64,000 bases of DNA from positions 834,608 through 898,607 of the forward strand of contig JBNZDD010013608.1 of NCBI GenBank assembly GCA_050575255.1, given 5' to 3'. Source of the stretch: Harriotta raleighana. Lineage: Eukaryota. Made by a program: the position numbers and the translations under genes. The notes beneath the pieces are model-generated. The model was not told where the DNA came from. It saw only the letters and a list, made by a program, of their open reading frames with translations, and did no database searches. Positions 41,601-54,072 of this stretch are shown piece by piece (position 1 is the first letter of the stretch; every line of letters begins with the position of its first letter).

Positions 41601-42217
41601 CTGCAAACTCATAGCGACATCATCATCAATATTTAATCGGCAGCTCAAAATAGCACTTTGTAACCAAATGAACTACTACTATGTGAGCACTGGAGCATTC
41701 TAACACTTGTGGAAAAACAGTTCACACAGTTTATGTAGACATCTTGACAGCTTTCATTTATAAGTGTTTCAGCAAAAGATTGTTTTACTCACTGAGCCAC
41801 TCAGCTGCTGATTTTCAATTGCATTTTGCACGCAACTAAAAAATAATATTAAAAATGTTATTTATGCCTCTTTTTGCAGCCTTTAAATGCTGATGGCTGT
41901 TTATTTCATCATTTTATAAAGTAGATGTTTTCATGCGTTGGACATGTTGTGGGCTTTATGATAGATTGTAATAAAGAACACAGTTATCAAATGAAATGTG
42001 CAATGTTTCGTAACTAGAATTGATGTGATAATTATCACCAAATATTAACCGAAGAATATTTCTGACTCATCGTAATAAGTGATTGATTTTTATTATCGCC
42101 AGTGATGATTATCACAGCACACATTTCACCCCATGTGTGCTAATCTCATTTTAAGGGCCCCAAACTGGTACACTACACCTCTGGCTTGCGACCAGTACTT
42201 TGCATGCTAACTGTGCA

Positions 42218-42653
42218 TCAGCTTGACTCAGTGGTATCATTCTCGCCTCTGAGTTGGAAGGTTATTGGTTCAAATCCTCCATCAAAATGTGGAACTTACA
42301 TAATCTTAAAATCATACTCCTATGCAATGCTGGGAGTGTGCTGCATTGTGCATCCATGAAGTTTTGGATGAAATGTTAAACAGAGGTTAATGTCTCCCTT
42401 TTTAGGTGGACTTTAAAGATCCCATGGCACTACTTGAAAAGAGAAAGGCATTTCTCCCAGTGTCTTGGCCAATGATAAGACACCAAATAAAATGGGTCAC
42501 TTGCTTAATGGCTATTTGTGGGAAATTGGTGTGCGAAATTGTGCTGTGATTGCCTACAAATACTCAGTTGTTCCAATTCACAATAATCCTTAAAAACACT
42601 TTGAGATTCCTTCTGACGTGACAAAACATAGGGATTAAATGCAAGGAGTATTA
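42218..42653 (+). mobile_element. Deu-domain SINE, near full length
   Basis: tRNA-like head, Deu core ggatgaaatgttaaac...taaagatcccatggcact...gtgtcttggccaa, L2-type tail. Confidence 0.8.
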
Positions 42654-42794
42654 AACCCCATTTTCTGCCAACAGACAATTTTCTTTTTAACAGGTATAAA
42701 CTCTTTACCAAACCAATGGCATAATTTACTCAGGATTAATTCTGAAAGAACTAGGCAAAATGTCAGGTCATGATTGGATAGAATAAATTCAATG

Positions 42795-43762
42795 ATTGTC
42801 TACATCAATGACTTAGATGATGAAATAAGAGTTTAATGTATCTAAAGTTGCAGACGTTATGAAGCTAGGTAAGCTGTGAGGACGACAAAAGTATAATGCA
42901 AAGGGATACAGACAGGTTGAGTGAGTGGGCAAAAAGGTGGCAGATGGAGTAAAATGCGGGGAAGTGTGAAGTTATTCACCTAGGTAGAAAAAATAGAAAA
43001 GCAGATTATTTTCCAGAGAGAGGGAGAGACTAGGTGGTTTTAGTATTCAGAGGGATTTAGGTGTCCTTGTACGCCAATCACAGAAAGTTAGTATGCAGAT
43101 ACAACAAGCAATTAGAAAGGTGAACAGCATGTTATTGTTCATTGCAAAGGGGTTAGAGTGCAAGAGAAGGGAAGTCTTGCTGCAATTGTACAGGGCCTTG
43201 GTGCGACCCCCACCTAGAATATTGTGTGCAGTTTTGGCCTCCTTATCTAAGACAGCATATACAGTACTCGCCTTAGAGGGAATACAACATAGATTCACTA
43301 GGTTGGTTCCTGGGATGAGGGGATTGACGTATGAGGAGAGGTTGAGTAAAATAGGCCTAAATTCTCTAGAAAATAGAAGAATTGGAGGTGATTTTACAGA
43401 AACCTATAAGATTCTTAAGGGCCTTGACAGGGTAGACCTGTTTCGCCTGGTTGGAAAATCTAAAACTAGGGTTCATAGTCTCAGCCTTTTAGAACTGAGT
43501 TGAGAAAACATTTATTTACTCAGAGGGCAGTGAATTTATGGAATTCTCTACCCCAGAAGGCTGTGGCTGCTCAATCATTGAACTATTCAAGACTGAGATG
43601 GATAGATTTTTTTAAACGCTAAAGGGATTAAGGGATATGGGGATAGGACCGGTAAATGGAATTAGGATAGTAGATAAACTATGATCTTATTAAATGGCAG
43701 GGCAGGCTTGAGGGGCCGAATGGCCTACTCTTGCTCCTACTTCTGTTCTTATGTTCTATGAT
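42795..43762 (+). mobile_element. CR1 LINE, 5'-truncated (RT C-terminus and 3' UTR)
   Basis: ORF 43093-43503 contains LLQLYRALVRP, LTYEERL and ETYKILKGLDRVD; ends gggccgaatggcctactcttgctcct...ttcttatgttctatg. Confidence 0.92.
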
Positions 43763-44369
43763 CAATAATTTGTGATCACTTCATGTGTGCTGTACTTCTG
43801 ATGCAAACTATAGTTATAATTCAGCCGTGGCACTCACAGCTTTAAATTGATAGTTCTATTTATCACAAACTCAGAAACACTTGAGGAATGGGAAATGTGA
43901 TTTCATGTAGGATCTAATACATATCTTTTTGTTGCCATTGACCTGAATGTCTGAAGATCATCTCATTCTTAACAGATGAAGCAATTCCATGTCCCTGTGA
44001 ATGAGATTGAGACTTTTTTTCCTTCATTGCAGAGTTATTGTGTTGAGTGGCTGTGGTTGTATTTCCAAGTGCAGTACGCTTGTGATATGAGAAATGCTCT
44101 GAGTGCTGCTGTGAATGGAAGGATTGTAGTTGGCTTGAATCTACCATTGCTGCACCAAACATCCAAAAGCCTCTGGAACTTCAGTTGTGAATGTCAAAAT
44201 GTTTTATTTATTTATGTCAAAATAATTATTGCAAGCTGCTGGAACAACCTTCCAGATGAATTGGTCATTCACTTCATGGCTATTTGTGAGCCTTCAGTGT
44301 GTAAATATTTCTTCCTTCTCATTTCCTCCCCTGAAGCATTCAACTTCTTTATTTGTACATCGACTGGGG

Positions 44370-44595
44370 CACCATTCTACTGGAGCCTCACCCAAGTGGT
44401 CATAATTAACATCCCAAATGATCGCATAAATACCTCCAGGAGAGGTCATTGGATACTGAGCAGGATCAGGAATCCTGCCCGATTTTGTTTAATCATCATC
44501 TTTAGCTCATGGGTCAACATGGATGCTAAGAACAATTGCAGCACCTCAGTTACTGCCATGGCAACTCAGATCAGATTGCTGCATGACAGACCCAA
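44370..44595 (-). mobile_element. AmnSINE2-like remnant
   Basis: Minus strand ggtctgt...ctgatctgag...ggtgctgcaattg...aaaatcgggcaggattcctgatcctg...gaccacttgggtgagg. Confidence 0.5.
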
Positions 44596-45419
44596 ATTAT
44601 ACATTTGTTTTGTATTCTTTTTATTTGAATGCAAAAAACAGCTGGGAATTTTGTGCGTAGTTGAGTTGAGGGAAAAAGAGTGTTAGTTTATGTAATGTTG
44701 AGAGTATTTTGGAATACTGCATGTTCAACAAGTAGGAATCTGTCATTTTAAGTTTTAATCACAATTTTATTGGTTAATTTCAGTTTAATATAAACGAATA
44801 AAACCTATATACCTCCAGTGATTTGAGGACAAGGGCAAGTTACCTAAATACTGACGGTAAGAGAATATCGATTATCGTAACAGGATATAATTGTCTGCCT
44901 TTGTTGCTAAAAAGTGGTCTAATATTTTCTAGGACTTTTCTCTCCTCTGCCTATTAAATTTATAAACTTTAATTCTAAAAGTATTGAGCTTGTTTTTATT
45001 TTAAAAAAATTGGTCATCATTCAATAGCTCCAATTGAACTCTCCTGGGATCATGCTTTGAAGACAGTTAAATCCACATCTATTTAAAATTAATGCAACCA
45101 ATGCAATTCCTTGTAAAAGTAAATCTTTATAGAACTGAGGCCCTACCAGTTCCTGATTTAGGTCTCCATAGACAAATCCTTGAGAATTTTGCAAGCAAAA
45201 GAGTTTTTCCTGCAATTATAAGGAATTAGCTGAACCCATTGTAGCTTTGCTTGCAACCAAAGGATCCAATATCGAATGTAGATCGACACACAGACAGATG
45301 CACAGTCAGACATTTCATCTTTATCTATACTTACCTGGGAGGATTCCTGTGGAAGGGCTCCTTTGGGTGTTGTCATTTGGAGAACTTTAAAAATGTAATC
45401 TTGTTGTTACTGTGGTAAC

Positions 45420-45708
45420 ATTCTGCATGCTTTATTTTGTCGTCGTCGTTGTCCGCTTGGCTACATGCGTGCTATGTTACCCAGGATGTCACAACACCAA
45501 CACTGTTTAGCTGGGGTGGCGGCCAGGTAAAACTGCGGTGAATGCGTAGATATGAGTGTGCTCTGTGATACATGATGCCGCAGCTCCACTTTGACTCAAC
45601 TAGGTATAATTGTAGCAAAACAACGCAAAACGGAAAGTAACTCATGAATGATAGGAGGTATGCAGAAACAAATATGCCCATATCACTCCCAGATGCAAGA
45701 TCTTTCCG
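45420..45708 (+). promoter_or_regulatory. CpG-enriched unique block: candidate internal promoter and first exon (ATG 45644, MNDRRYAETNMPISLPDARSFR, donor CG|gtgagg)
   Basis: Local CpG excess, X-box-like GTTACTGTGGTAAC at 45406-45419, in-frame stop upstream of the ATG, phase-2 donor. Confidence 0.35.
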
Positions 45709-47430
45709 GTGAGGTATTAATCATGTCTCCATATCTATCGATTAGTTAGATCCTTCTTGAAGCGCAGACAGACATTGTCGTTTTATTAGTATAGAAGATG
45801 AACTGTACCGAGAAATTGCAGATTCACGGAAATTATCCCCAGAAATACCTCTTTTAGCATTTATCCAGAGGCAAGCACTATATTATTAGGTGCACACTGA
45901 ACTTGGTGACCTGCAAATTATAACACAGTTTATGGTGAAACATTAGATTGCAAGTGCCTTCAGCTGCTGTCAATTTCCTACAAAATGTACAAGCAACAAT
46001 GTGAGCTACTTCCTGGCAGCGAAGTTAATATTCTTGAATAAAGAGAAGACACCATGAAATTGCAAATAAACAAAACTGTAAGGTAAGCAAGACTAGCTTA
46101 GATCCACTGCACCATTAGAGGAGCACAATGACATTCAATGATGAAATTAGTGGCCATATTTGCCACATATTTGAGCTGTGCTTGGATGAATTTATACATC
46201 CCTGGCTTCTTGTGCTTCATTTCTTCTTCTGAATCCCTTGCACTTCCTTAAGGTGTGAATGCTGCAAATCTTTCCAGCTAACTTAACCTCTCATTGTTTT
46301 CTCTAAAGCCATATGTTGCTCTCACGGCATGAGCCAAATGATAACGATGTTGCCACACAGAGACCAGGAGGGGACAATTGGCCATCTCTTCTATGGTATT
46401 GAACTTCCTGGAATCACAATGTTGCAGTCATTGTTCAAAGCCTGGTCCTGCTGGTGGAATACCAGCCAGATGGTAATACAGTATTAGTTATATGATCAGT
46501 AATTGGGACACTTTTTAAAAAAAAAAGTGGCGTTATTAATTTGTTAGTTCTTTACGGAACAATCCTGTCAAGTTGTATTAGACATTTATTAGCTGGCAAT
46601 GAATTATATAATAGGTAGCATTGACCCAGGGCAGTAACCTTGAAATCAACCAGAGCAATATTCGTGAAACACGAGGACAGGGGCCTGAAGGAGACGGAAG
46701 CAGGAATAAAATTGCTTGTTCAGAAAGGAGAAAACGTATCTGGAGACTTCAAAGTCACATTTTTTCTTTTATAGACACATTGTTCATTTGGTCAATTAAG
46801 ATATATACAATGGTTTTTGGATTATTTTGAATCAAATGAGAAATATATCAGATGTACAATAATTCCGAACTTCACTTGCTTACATAAAAGAAAATGTTCA
46901 GAACATAAATAATAATAATCTTTTCATAATAATTGTTTTAATAGTGGTTATTCAATCCACAACCGTTTGAGGGTCACTGCTGTGCACAATTTGTTGCTGT
47001 GTTTCCCCCACAAAATATGCAGGCAATTATAGATAATAATTAATTCTTAATATTATTCATGATAATAATCCTTGGATTNCTTGCTTACATAAAAGAAAAT
47101 GTTCAGAACATAAATAATAATAATCTTTTCATAATAATTGTTTTAATAGTGGTTATTCAATCCACAACCGTTTGAGGGTCACTGCTGTGCACAATTTGTT
47201 GCTGTGTTTCCCCCACAAAATATGCAGGCAATTATAGATAATAATTAATTATTAATATTATTCATGATAATAATCCTTGGNAAGCACTTCACAGAATATA
47301 CTGTAAAGTGAATTGATGGTATATTTGTGGGAAATTGACTATTTGTGGGAAATTCCACTTACAGTTTATTCTGCGAAGCGCTTTGAGACGTTTCAAAGAA
47401 GAGAAAAAGTGCCGTATCACATGCAAGGAT

Positions 47431-47748
47431 TATAATAATAATCCTTGCATTTTAATATAGCACTTTTCACATTTTATCGACGTCTCAAAGCGCTTCACAG
47501 AATATACTGTAAAGTGAATTGACTGTATATTTGTGGGCGAAACGGCAGCCAATTGTGCACAGCAGTGTCCCACAAACAGTCGTGGATTGAAATGACCAAT
47601 TTTATTCTTGTGGGTTTTTTTTGAAGGATTATTATTAGGCATGTGGAGTAAGGAAACTTACCCAAGGTTTCGTCCTGATCTGCCTGGATTCAAACACTGG
47701 TCTCACATTTGTAAGTCGATTGCTCTAATGACTGAACTGCAGGAACTC
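47431..47748 (-). mobile_element. tRNA-derived SINE (subtype A), tail-to-tail with an inverted SINE tail at 47355-47436
   Basis: gcaaggattataataataatccttgc junction; full minus-strand copy. Confidence 0.9.
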
Positions 47749-48187
47749 TACATTATTACAGTATTATTATCAGGGTGATATCTCAAAGTGCTTCATAGGA
47801 TATACTTTAACGTGTGATTAGTGACTGGATATTGTGTTTTGTGGGCAATTAAACAAGCAAAATCACAATAGAGACTAAACTAGGATTACATTGCAAACTA
47901 CAATCTTATCTTGTCAACATACATTTGATCCTTTATCTTCTTGGCGGGGTCCTAGAGCTCTGCTTAACTGTGACACATTGTTGGGGTAGCAGTCGGGGAG
48001 GCAGGCAAAGGTGACCTACGAATCCACTCCATATGGATTAGGGACTATAGTTGAAACCTTCAGATTATATATTTTCTTCAAAGGCTCCAGATAATACATT
48101 AAATTTCTCTTCAGCATCAGCTGCATGTTTGGCATATCTCCTACCGACTTCCTTCTTGAACCAACGTGTAGCTTGTTTGTATTATTA

Positions 48188-49530
48188 ACAACAACAACTT
48201 CTTGCATTTATATAGCGCCCTCCACACTGAGAAATGTCTCGAAAATCTTAACAATGGCAGAGCATGAGGCTGAGTCAAGGGAGGGGAAAGATGACCTTAG
48301 GTACGATTGAAGAGGTAGTTTTTCAGGTGCTATCTGAAGATGGGGAAGGAGGGGTGAGGCGAAAGGTTGAAGGGAGGAAACTGTTTGAAGTTTCAGGGCA
48401 CAGTGGCTGAAAGCATGGCATGCTGATGGTGGAGCGGAGAATTTAGGGGACAAGGTGGAGGTCAGACCCAATAGAGCGGAGGCAGCGGGTACTGCTGTGA
48501 GGAGTGCGGAGGTTAGAGCAATATGAGAGTGCTGAGGAATGCAGAGATTTAAACATCAGACTGAGAATCTTGAAGTCAATCTGCTATGTGACAGGGAAGC
48601 AGTCGAGTTTGGCAAGGACTGAGGTAATGGGGGTACAAAGTTTGGTGCAGGTGAGAATACAGGTGGCAGAGTTTTGAATGAGCTGAATTTTGTGAATGGT
48701 GGACGATGGGAAATCGTCGAGGAGGGCGTCAAAATGGTCCATCTGAGAGGTGACAAAGGCATGAACCAGGGTTTTGGCAGCTTTTGGGTGGAGGGATTGT
48801 CGGAGACGGGCAATGTAGCAGAGGTAGAAGAAAGCAGTGCTGGTCAGGGATTGGACACGGGAGAGGAAGGATAACGGGATTGAATCTGATACCTAAGTTG
48901 CTCATGGGTTCTGAGAGTTTTAAGGACATGTTGGATAGGTTGAGGAGGTTGGAACCATGGGGCAGAAGATGTCGATTGGAGCCAAAGAGTATGGCTTCTG
49001 TCTTGTTGAGCTTTAACTGCAGGAAATTTGCACTCTTCTAACTTGATGTCCGACAGGTAAACTGATAGAATGTTAAACTGGGGCTCGCGGCTGGAAGTGG
49101 AAAACTAGAGTTGAATGTCATCCACGTACATGTTAACACCATGTCTGCCGATGACATCACCGAGAGGGGGCACATAGATGCGGAAGAGAAGGGGGCCAAA
49201 GATGGATCCTTGGGGTGACCGAGCTGAACTGAGATGAAAAGCTATATTCAGAAATATAGTGCTAGCTGTTTGTAAGGTGGTAGGCTTTGAACCAAGCGAG
49301 TGCGGTCTTATTGAGATGGATGATGGAAGACAGGTGATGGAGGAGGATGGCATGATCAACTGTGTCGAATGTGTCGGAGAGGTCCAGGAGGACAAGGAGG
49401 CAGAAGGAGCGCTGGTCGCAGAATGAGAGGACATCATTTTTGACATTTATGAGTGCTGTCTCCAATATGTGGGCAGGGCGAAAACTGGACTGGAGGGGTT
49501 TGAGTAGGGTATGGAGTGAGACCATGGACT
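48188..49530 (-). mobile_element. L2 LINE fragment (RT to 3' tail)
   Basis: [44 protein letters not shown]; (caa)n tail. Confidence 0.92.
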
Positions 49531-50694
49531 GAAACTATAGATAGAAATTCTCCCAATTTCTCTTGACTACATAGTTTACTAATTGTAAAATATCATCAGC
49601 ATTTTGCCATACATTTTAATCAGACTTGTCTTATACTGAGATGCCATATACTCAAGTACAGTTCACTTTGGGTGAGGGAAGGCAGCTCATGCTCTGTATG
49701 CTCAGACTATCAATTAGAAACATTCTTCACCTGTCTCTTTTGCAGTATGGAACTTAGTAGTACTTTAATGAAGGGAGTTTCTCCCAGTGTCCTGGCCAAC
49801 ATTCCCCCAAGTAACAATTGGTTGTTCACATCATGGCTTCATGGGATGTTGCGCTACACAAATTGGCTGTTCCATTCAGCAACAAAACACAGTCAATTAT
49901 TCTACAATATATCCTGTGAAGCTCATTAAGCCATCTCCTTTACCACATGTCAGGATTCCAATTTTTTAATTAAATATTACAAACAGAGTAACTAATTGGA
50001 TTGAAAAGAATTGTAATGTTTTCCTATTAAGAATCAGTTACTACATGTGGCCACAAATGTTATGAAGTGCTTTTAGATATTTTGATGTTATAGGCAACAG
50101 GAAAATGCAGCATACTAACCACCATCTGCATATTAAAATGGCAATTACTGAATTATGAAATACCTTTTACACGCAGATCTGCTGAATTCTCTACAAAAAT
50201 GTAAGTATGTCAGTGTTTAGCTTTGTGCAAAATGCTCTCTTTGTAAAATGTTTCAAATTGTTTTTAGGATTTAAAAAATATTCTACGTCTTTTCTGTGTC
50301 TGAATAGATGAAGAGACCACCTATAGAGCGTTAGGATATACAGTCTCCAGTGTTACAGTGTGGATTCCTGGTCTTTGCTGAGTTAGCTGATCCTATCAGA
50401 GTGGTAGTTCAAAAGATCACAAGAGGATAAAGATCCCTTGGCCTATTTAATCTCGTGCTTCCAGAATATATACCGCATTAGCTTTTCATTACAACATCAA
50501 GCTGTTTCTTAAATACGTCCAGTGCCTTTGGGTTACTTTGAAGCTTCAGTTCATTAGGAGTGCCTCAGTTGGCTTCAGCAGCTCTAAACTGTTGAAAAAG
50601 AAAGTTATCCAAACCTATTCAGAAACTCCGACGGAATGTGTGTACATCAGAAACTCCACCAATTTCTCTTAAAATTGAATTGTGGAACATTTTT

Positions 50695-50942
50695 ATAATA
50701 ATAATCGTTGTGTTTGATATAGTGCCTTACCACATCTTTGAGATGACTCAACGCACTTCATAGAATACACTGTAAAGTGAAATTACTGTATATTTTGTAT
50801 GTTAAACATGGTAGCCAATTGCGTAATCCTGAATTAAAGTTATTTTTGGAGGGAATTATAACCTTTGGAAAAGCGATCTGCCAATGTCTAACAACTGGGT
50901 TCCTACTAACTAAGTGCTGTAACCACTGAGCTATAGGACTCC
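50695..50942 (-). mobile_element. tRNA-derived SINE (subtype B, internally deleted)
   Basis: aaccactgagctataggactcc head; tail present. Confidence 0.75.
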
Positions 50943-53290
50943 ACTTCAATTCTTAAATTTGGTTACAATTTGAAAGATGTTTTTTCTCCAGTTATTAAAA
51001 AAAAGGCTTGTTAATTGATACTGAATTTACAAATTTTCCACAATTCTCTGCGGTGATCATAAATTATGGTGATGTCCACTGTCAGAATATTTTTTAGTTG
51101 ATCATACAGTAGCATTGATCTAAAAGATGCTATTAATACTGCTATTGGTATTGTTCAATATCGCAATGTCCAGACAATGTTTCATTTTGCAATTGAGCAT
51201 TTTTATCACTGCTGTTGAGTAATTTATTCTGATGATCAGTTAGGGATAAAACACATCTATAACTTCAACTCAACTTTAAGATGCTTTGTTTGTTTATAAC
51301 AACCTCTGTATTGTGATATTTTGCATAATACAGTACATAATATTATAATATTCCGTCATAATTGTAGGTTGTAGTTTGCATTTTAATCATTGTTGTGTGT
51401 GGGTGTTCATGGTGGGCTGGGGAGGTTGTGACGGGCGGGCTGTATNTAAGATGCTTTGTTTGTTTATAACAACCTCTGTATTGTGATATTTTGCATAATA
51501 CAGTACATAATATTATAATATTCCGTCATAATTGTAGGTTGTAGTTTGCATTTTAATCATTGTTGTGTGTGGGTGTTCATGGTGGGCTGGGGAGGTTGTG
51601 ACGGGCGGGAGTTATGGCAATCGATGACAGTTGGCCCAATTGTGTACTGAATGATAAAAAACAATATTGGGATTTAATTAGAGATTTGATATTGGGTTGC
51701 TCATCATTTTGCATTGGAGCACACAGATGTTAATGCTATATTTAAAGAAAGCATCATCGTGTGAACTGTGTACTTTTGGGTGCCAGCTCTGATATATCAT
51801 TTCTATTTGATTTCTGACCAGCAACACCATTTCATTACTTAATTGTTTGAATTTATTTAGGAGATTAAAATCATTTATGAAATCTGGCAGCTATTTCCCC
51901 TCTATTTATAGGATACTTACAGCTCTTATCNAATTTATTTAGGAGATTAAAATCATTTATGAAATCTGGCAGCTATTTCCCTTCTATTTATAGGATACTT
52001 ACAGCTCTTATCTGTGTATCTCTATTAAGTAATATGGGGATTATTTTTCATGTATAAAAGCAGATTTTTTTTTAACTGTAATTAACAAACCATTAACTGG
52101 ATTATGTTTCACTTTCAGCCGCAGCTTTGTTCCTATAATTTTGTGCAGCTGTGCATAATATTTGAGCATGATAAAATGAGGTATGCAATTACACTCTCTC
52201 AGGACTTTGCTGTTCTGGGTCATAAGATTTCTGATGTACTTTGCTTCTTTATTCAATTTTGATTTCCAAAAAAGAATAGGCTTTGATGTGCAAGAGTTTC
52301 TGTTCACATTAGTATGTCTTCCTGGTAATTATTGAATATTCACATTTGAGAATTTTTCAACCTCAATAATTAGATTTGTATTTAAAACACATCTATAATT
52401 GTTTTGCATTTTATATACTGGATGTTGTTGTTCAGAGGGTATCTTAGAATCTACTGTGTAAAGCATTATATTTGAGACAAGATTATATGATTTTATTAAA
52501 TTCAATTACATCATCTGTGAAGTTTGTGACTTTTTAAAAACTATGTTTTTGTAATTTAATTCTTAAATGATTCGAAATAATAGAAGGGCATTATCATAAA
52601 TTGCTCCTGACTGTTCATTTGAGAGGCTGTCCTACACCACCATGTACTCTAATCTCTAGAACTCCTTGCTTCAATCCCCCTGCTCGCTTCCTCTTTGTAG
52701 GGCCCTGGAATATTCAGACCTTCCTGGCTCAGGAGCCGGACAGCCGAGACCACCACATAAGGCTGGCTTGATTTCTATGCACTGAGGCCGAACATGTCAC
52801 CTCGGATCCAGTGAAGCTCCAAGAAGATCATGCTTATCTCCCCCACTCCCTCAGTACAGTTTGAAGCACCTGCTAATCGTGGCTCGGTAAACCTAAAACC
52901 ACAACTATTCAGTTGTGGTTTTATGCATTTACAATTATCAATGTGTGATGGAGAGCTACAGATTCAGATTCCTCTCTAGCTCTCCAACACACATTGATAA
53001 TTTTGCATTGTTGATCACAGTAAAAATTAATAATGTGGAATTCCAAAAATGACTTTTTTAATTCGAAATAAGGAAAACCTCTAAGGTAAAACTCCTTGAT
53101 TAGAGCTACAATGCGTTCCAATGTACTACACTAGGAAATGAGTGGCTATTAGAACATAGCCAGAACCACCCTGAAGGCAGGTAAATCTTGATTAAGGAAT
53201 AGCGGTGCAAAGTAGTTAATTGGAACTAATTTGAGTTGTTCTTAACCTACTCTTTATGCTAAATAACACGTGGAATGGGCTAAGAAATAT

Positions 53291-53580
53291 CACTTTTTAA
53301 ACTCTCTTGGAATAAAGTGTAATTGCAATGGAGTCCATATTTATCCCACTGCAGGTCAGAGGGGGCAAGGCCGTGGAGGGCCTTGAAAGTGAGGACAAGG
53401 ATCTTGAATTCGATCCTTTGAGGATGGGGAGCCAGTGGAGCCTGGCGAGGGTGGGGCTGATGGGATCACAGAGCCTGGTGTGGGAGAGAAGTGAGATGGG
53501 CAAATAAATGAGATTGGACCATAAGGAGAAGTTTGGACTCCATTGCAATTCCACTTTATTCCAAGAGAGTTTAAAAAGTG
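53291..53580. repeat. 47-bp inverted repeat (one mismatch) enclosing an L2 fragment
   Basis: 53291-53337 versus the reverse complement of 53534-53580. Confidence 0.9.
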
Positions 53581-53771
53581 CCCAACATCATCACTATTAT
53601 GGAGCCTCTAGCAAAAGCCCAGTGATAAATAGAATATCTTCAAGGGAACCTCCAAAAAGGTACACAGACTCCTGAAACTTTGGCGAGCAATCACAAATCG
53701 CTGCTTCAATGAAACCTCAGATCTATTCCAATCAGTTGATTGCCTGGTGAAAATGCTGTTTTTACTACAAT

Positions 53772-54072
53772 TAATAATCCTTGCATTTGAAATAGTGCTT
53801 TTCACGTCTTCTAGACGTCTCAAAGCACTTCGCAACAGATACAATAAAGTGAACAGACCATTTATTTATGGGCGAATGTGGCAGCCAATTTTGCACAGCA
53901 GTGTCCCGCAAAGAGTTGTGGATTGAAATGATCAATTTATTATTTTCTGTAGGGATTATTATTATTAGGTGTGTGGAGGAAGGAAATTGCCCAAAGTTTC
54001 ACCCTGGCTGGAATCGAACTCAGGTCTCACGCTTGTAAGGCGAGTGCTCTAACCACTGAGCTATAGGACTCC
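53772..54072 (-). mobile_element. tRNA-derived SINE (subtype A)
   Basis: ggaatcgaactcaggtctcacgcttgtaaggcgagtgctctaaccactgagctataggactcc. Confidence 0.9.

Noticed and set aside
45335-45376. Minus-strand first exon MTTPKGALPQESSQ with CAG|gtaagt donor
   Set aside because: The donor is good, but the segment resembles a decayed L2 tail and no convincing downstream exon could be linked. An antisense transcript from the adjacent CpG block is not excluded.
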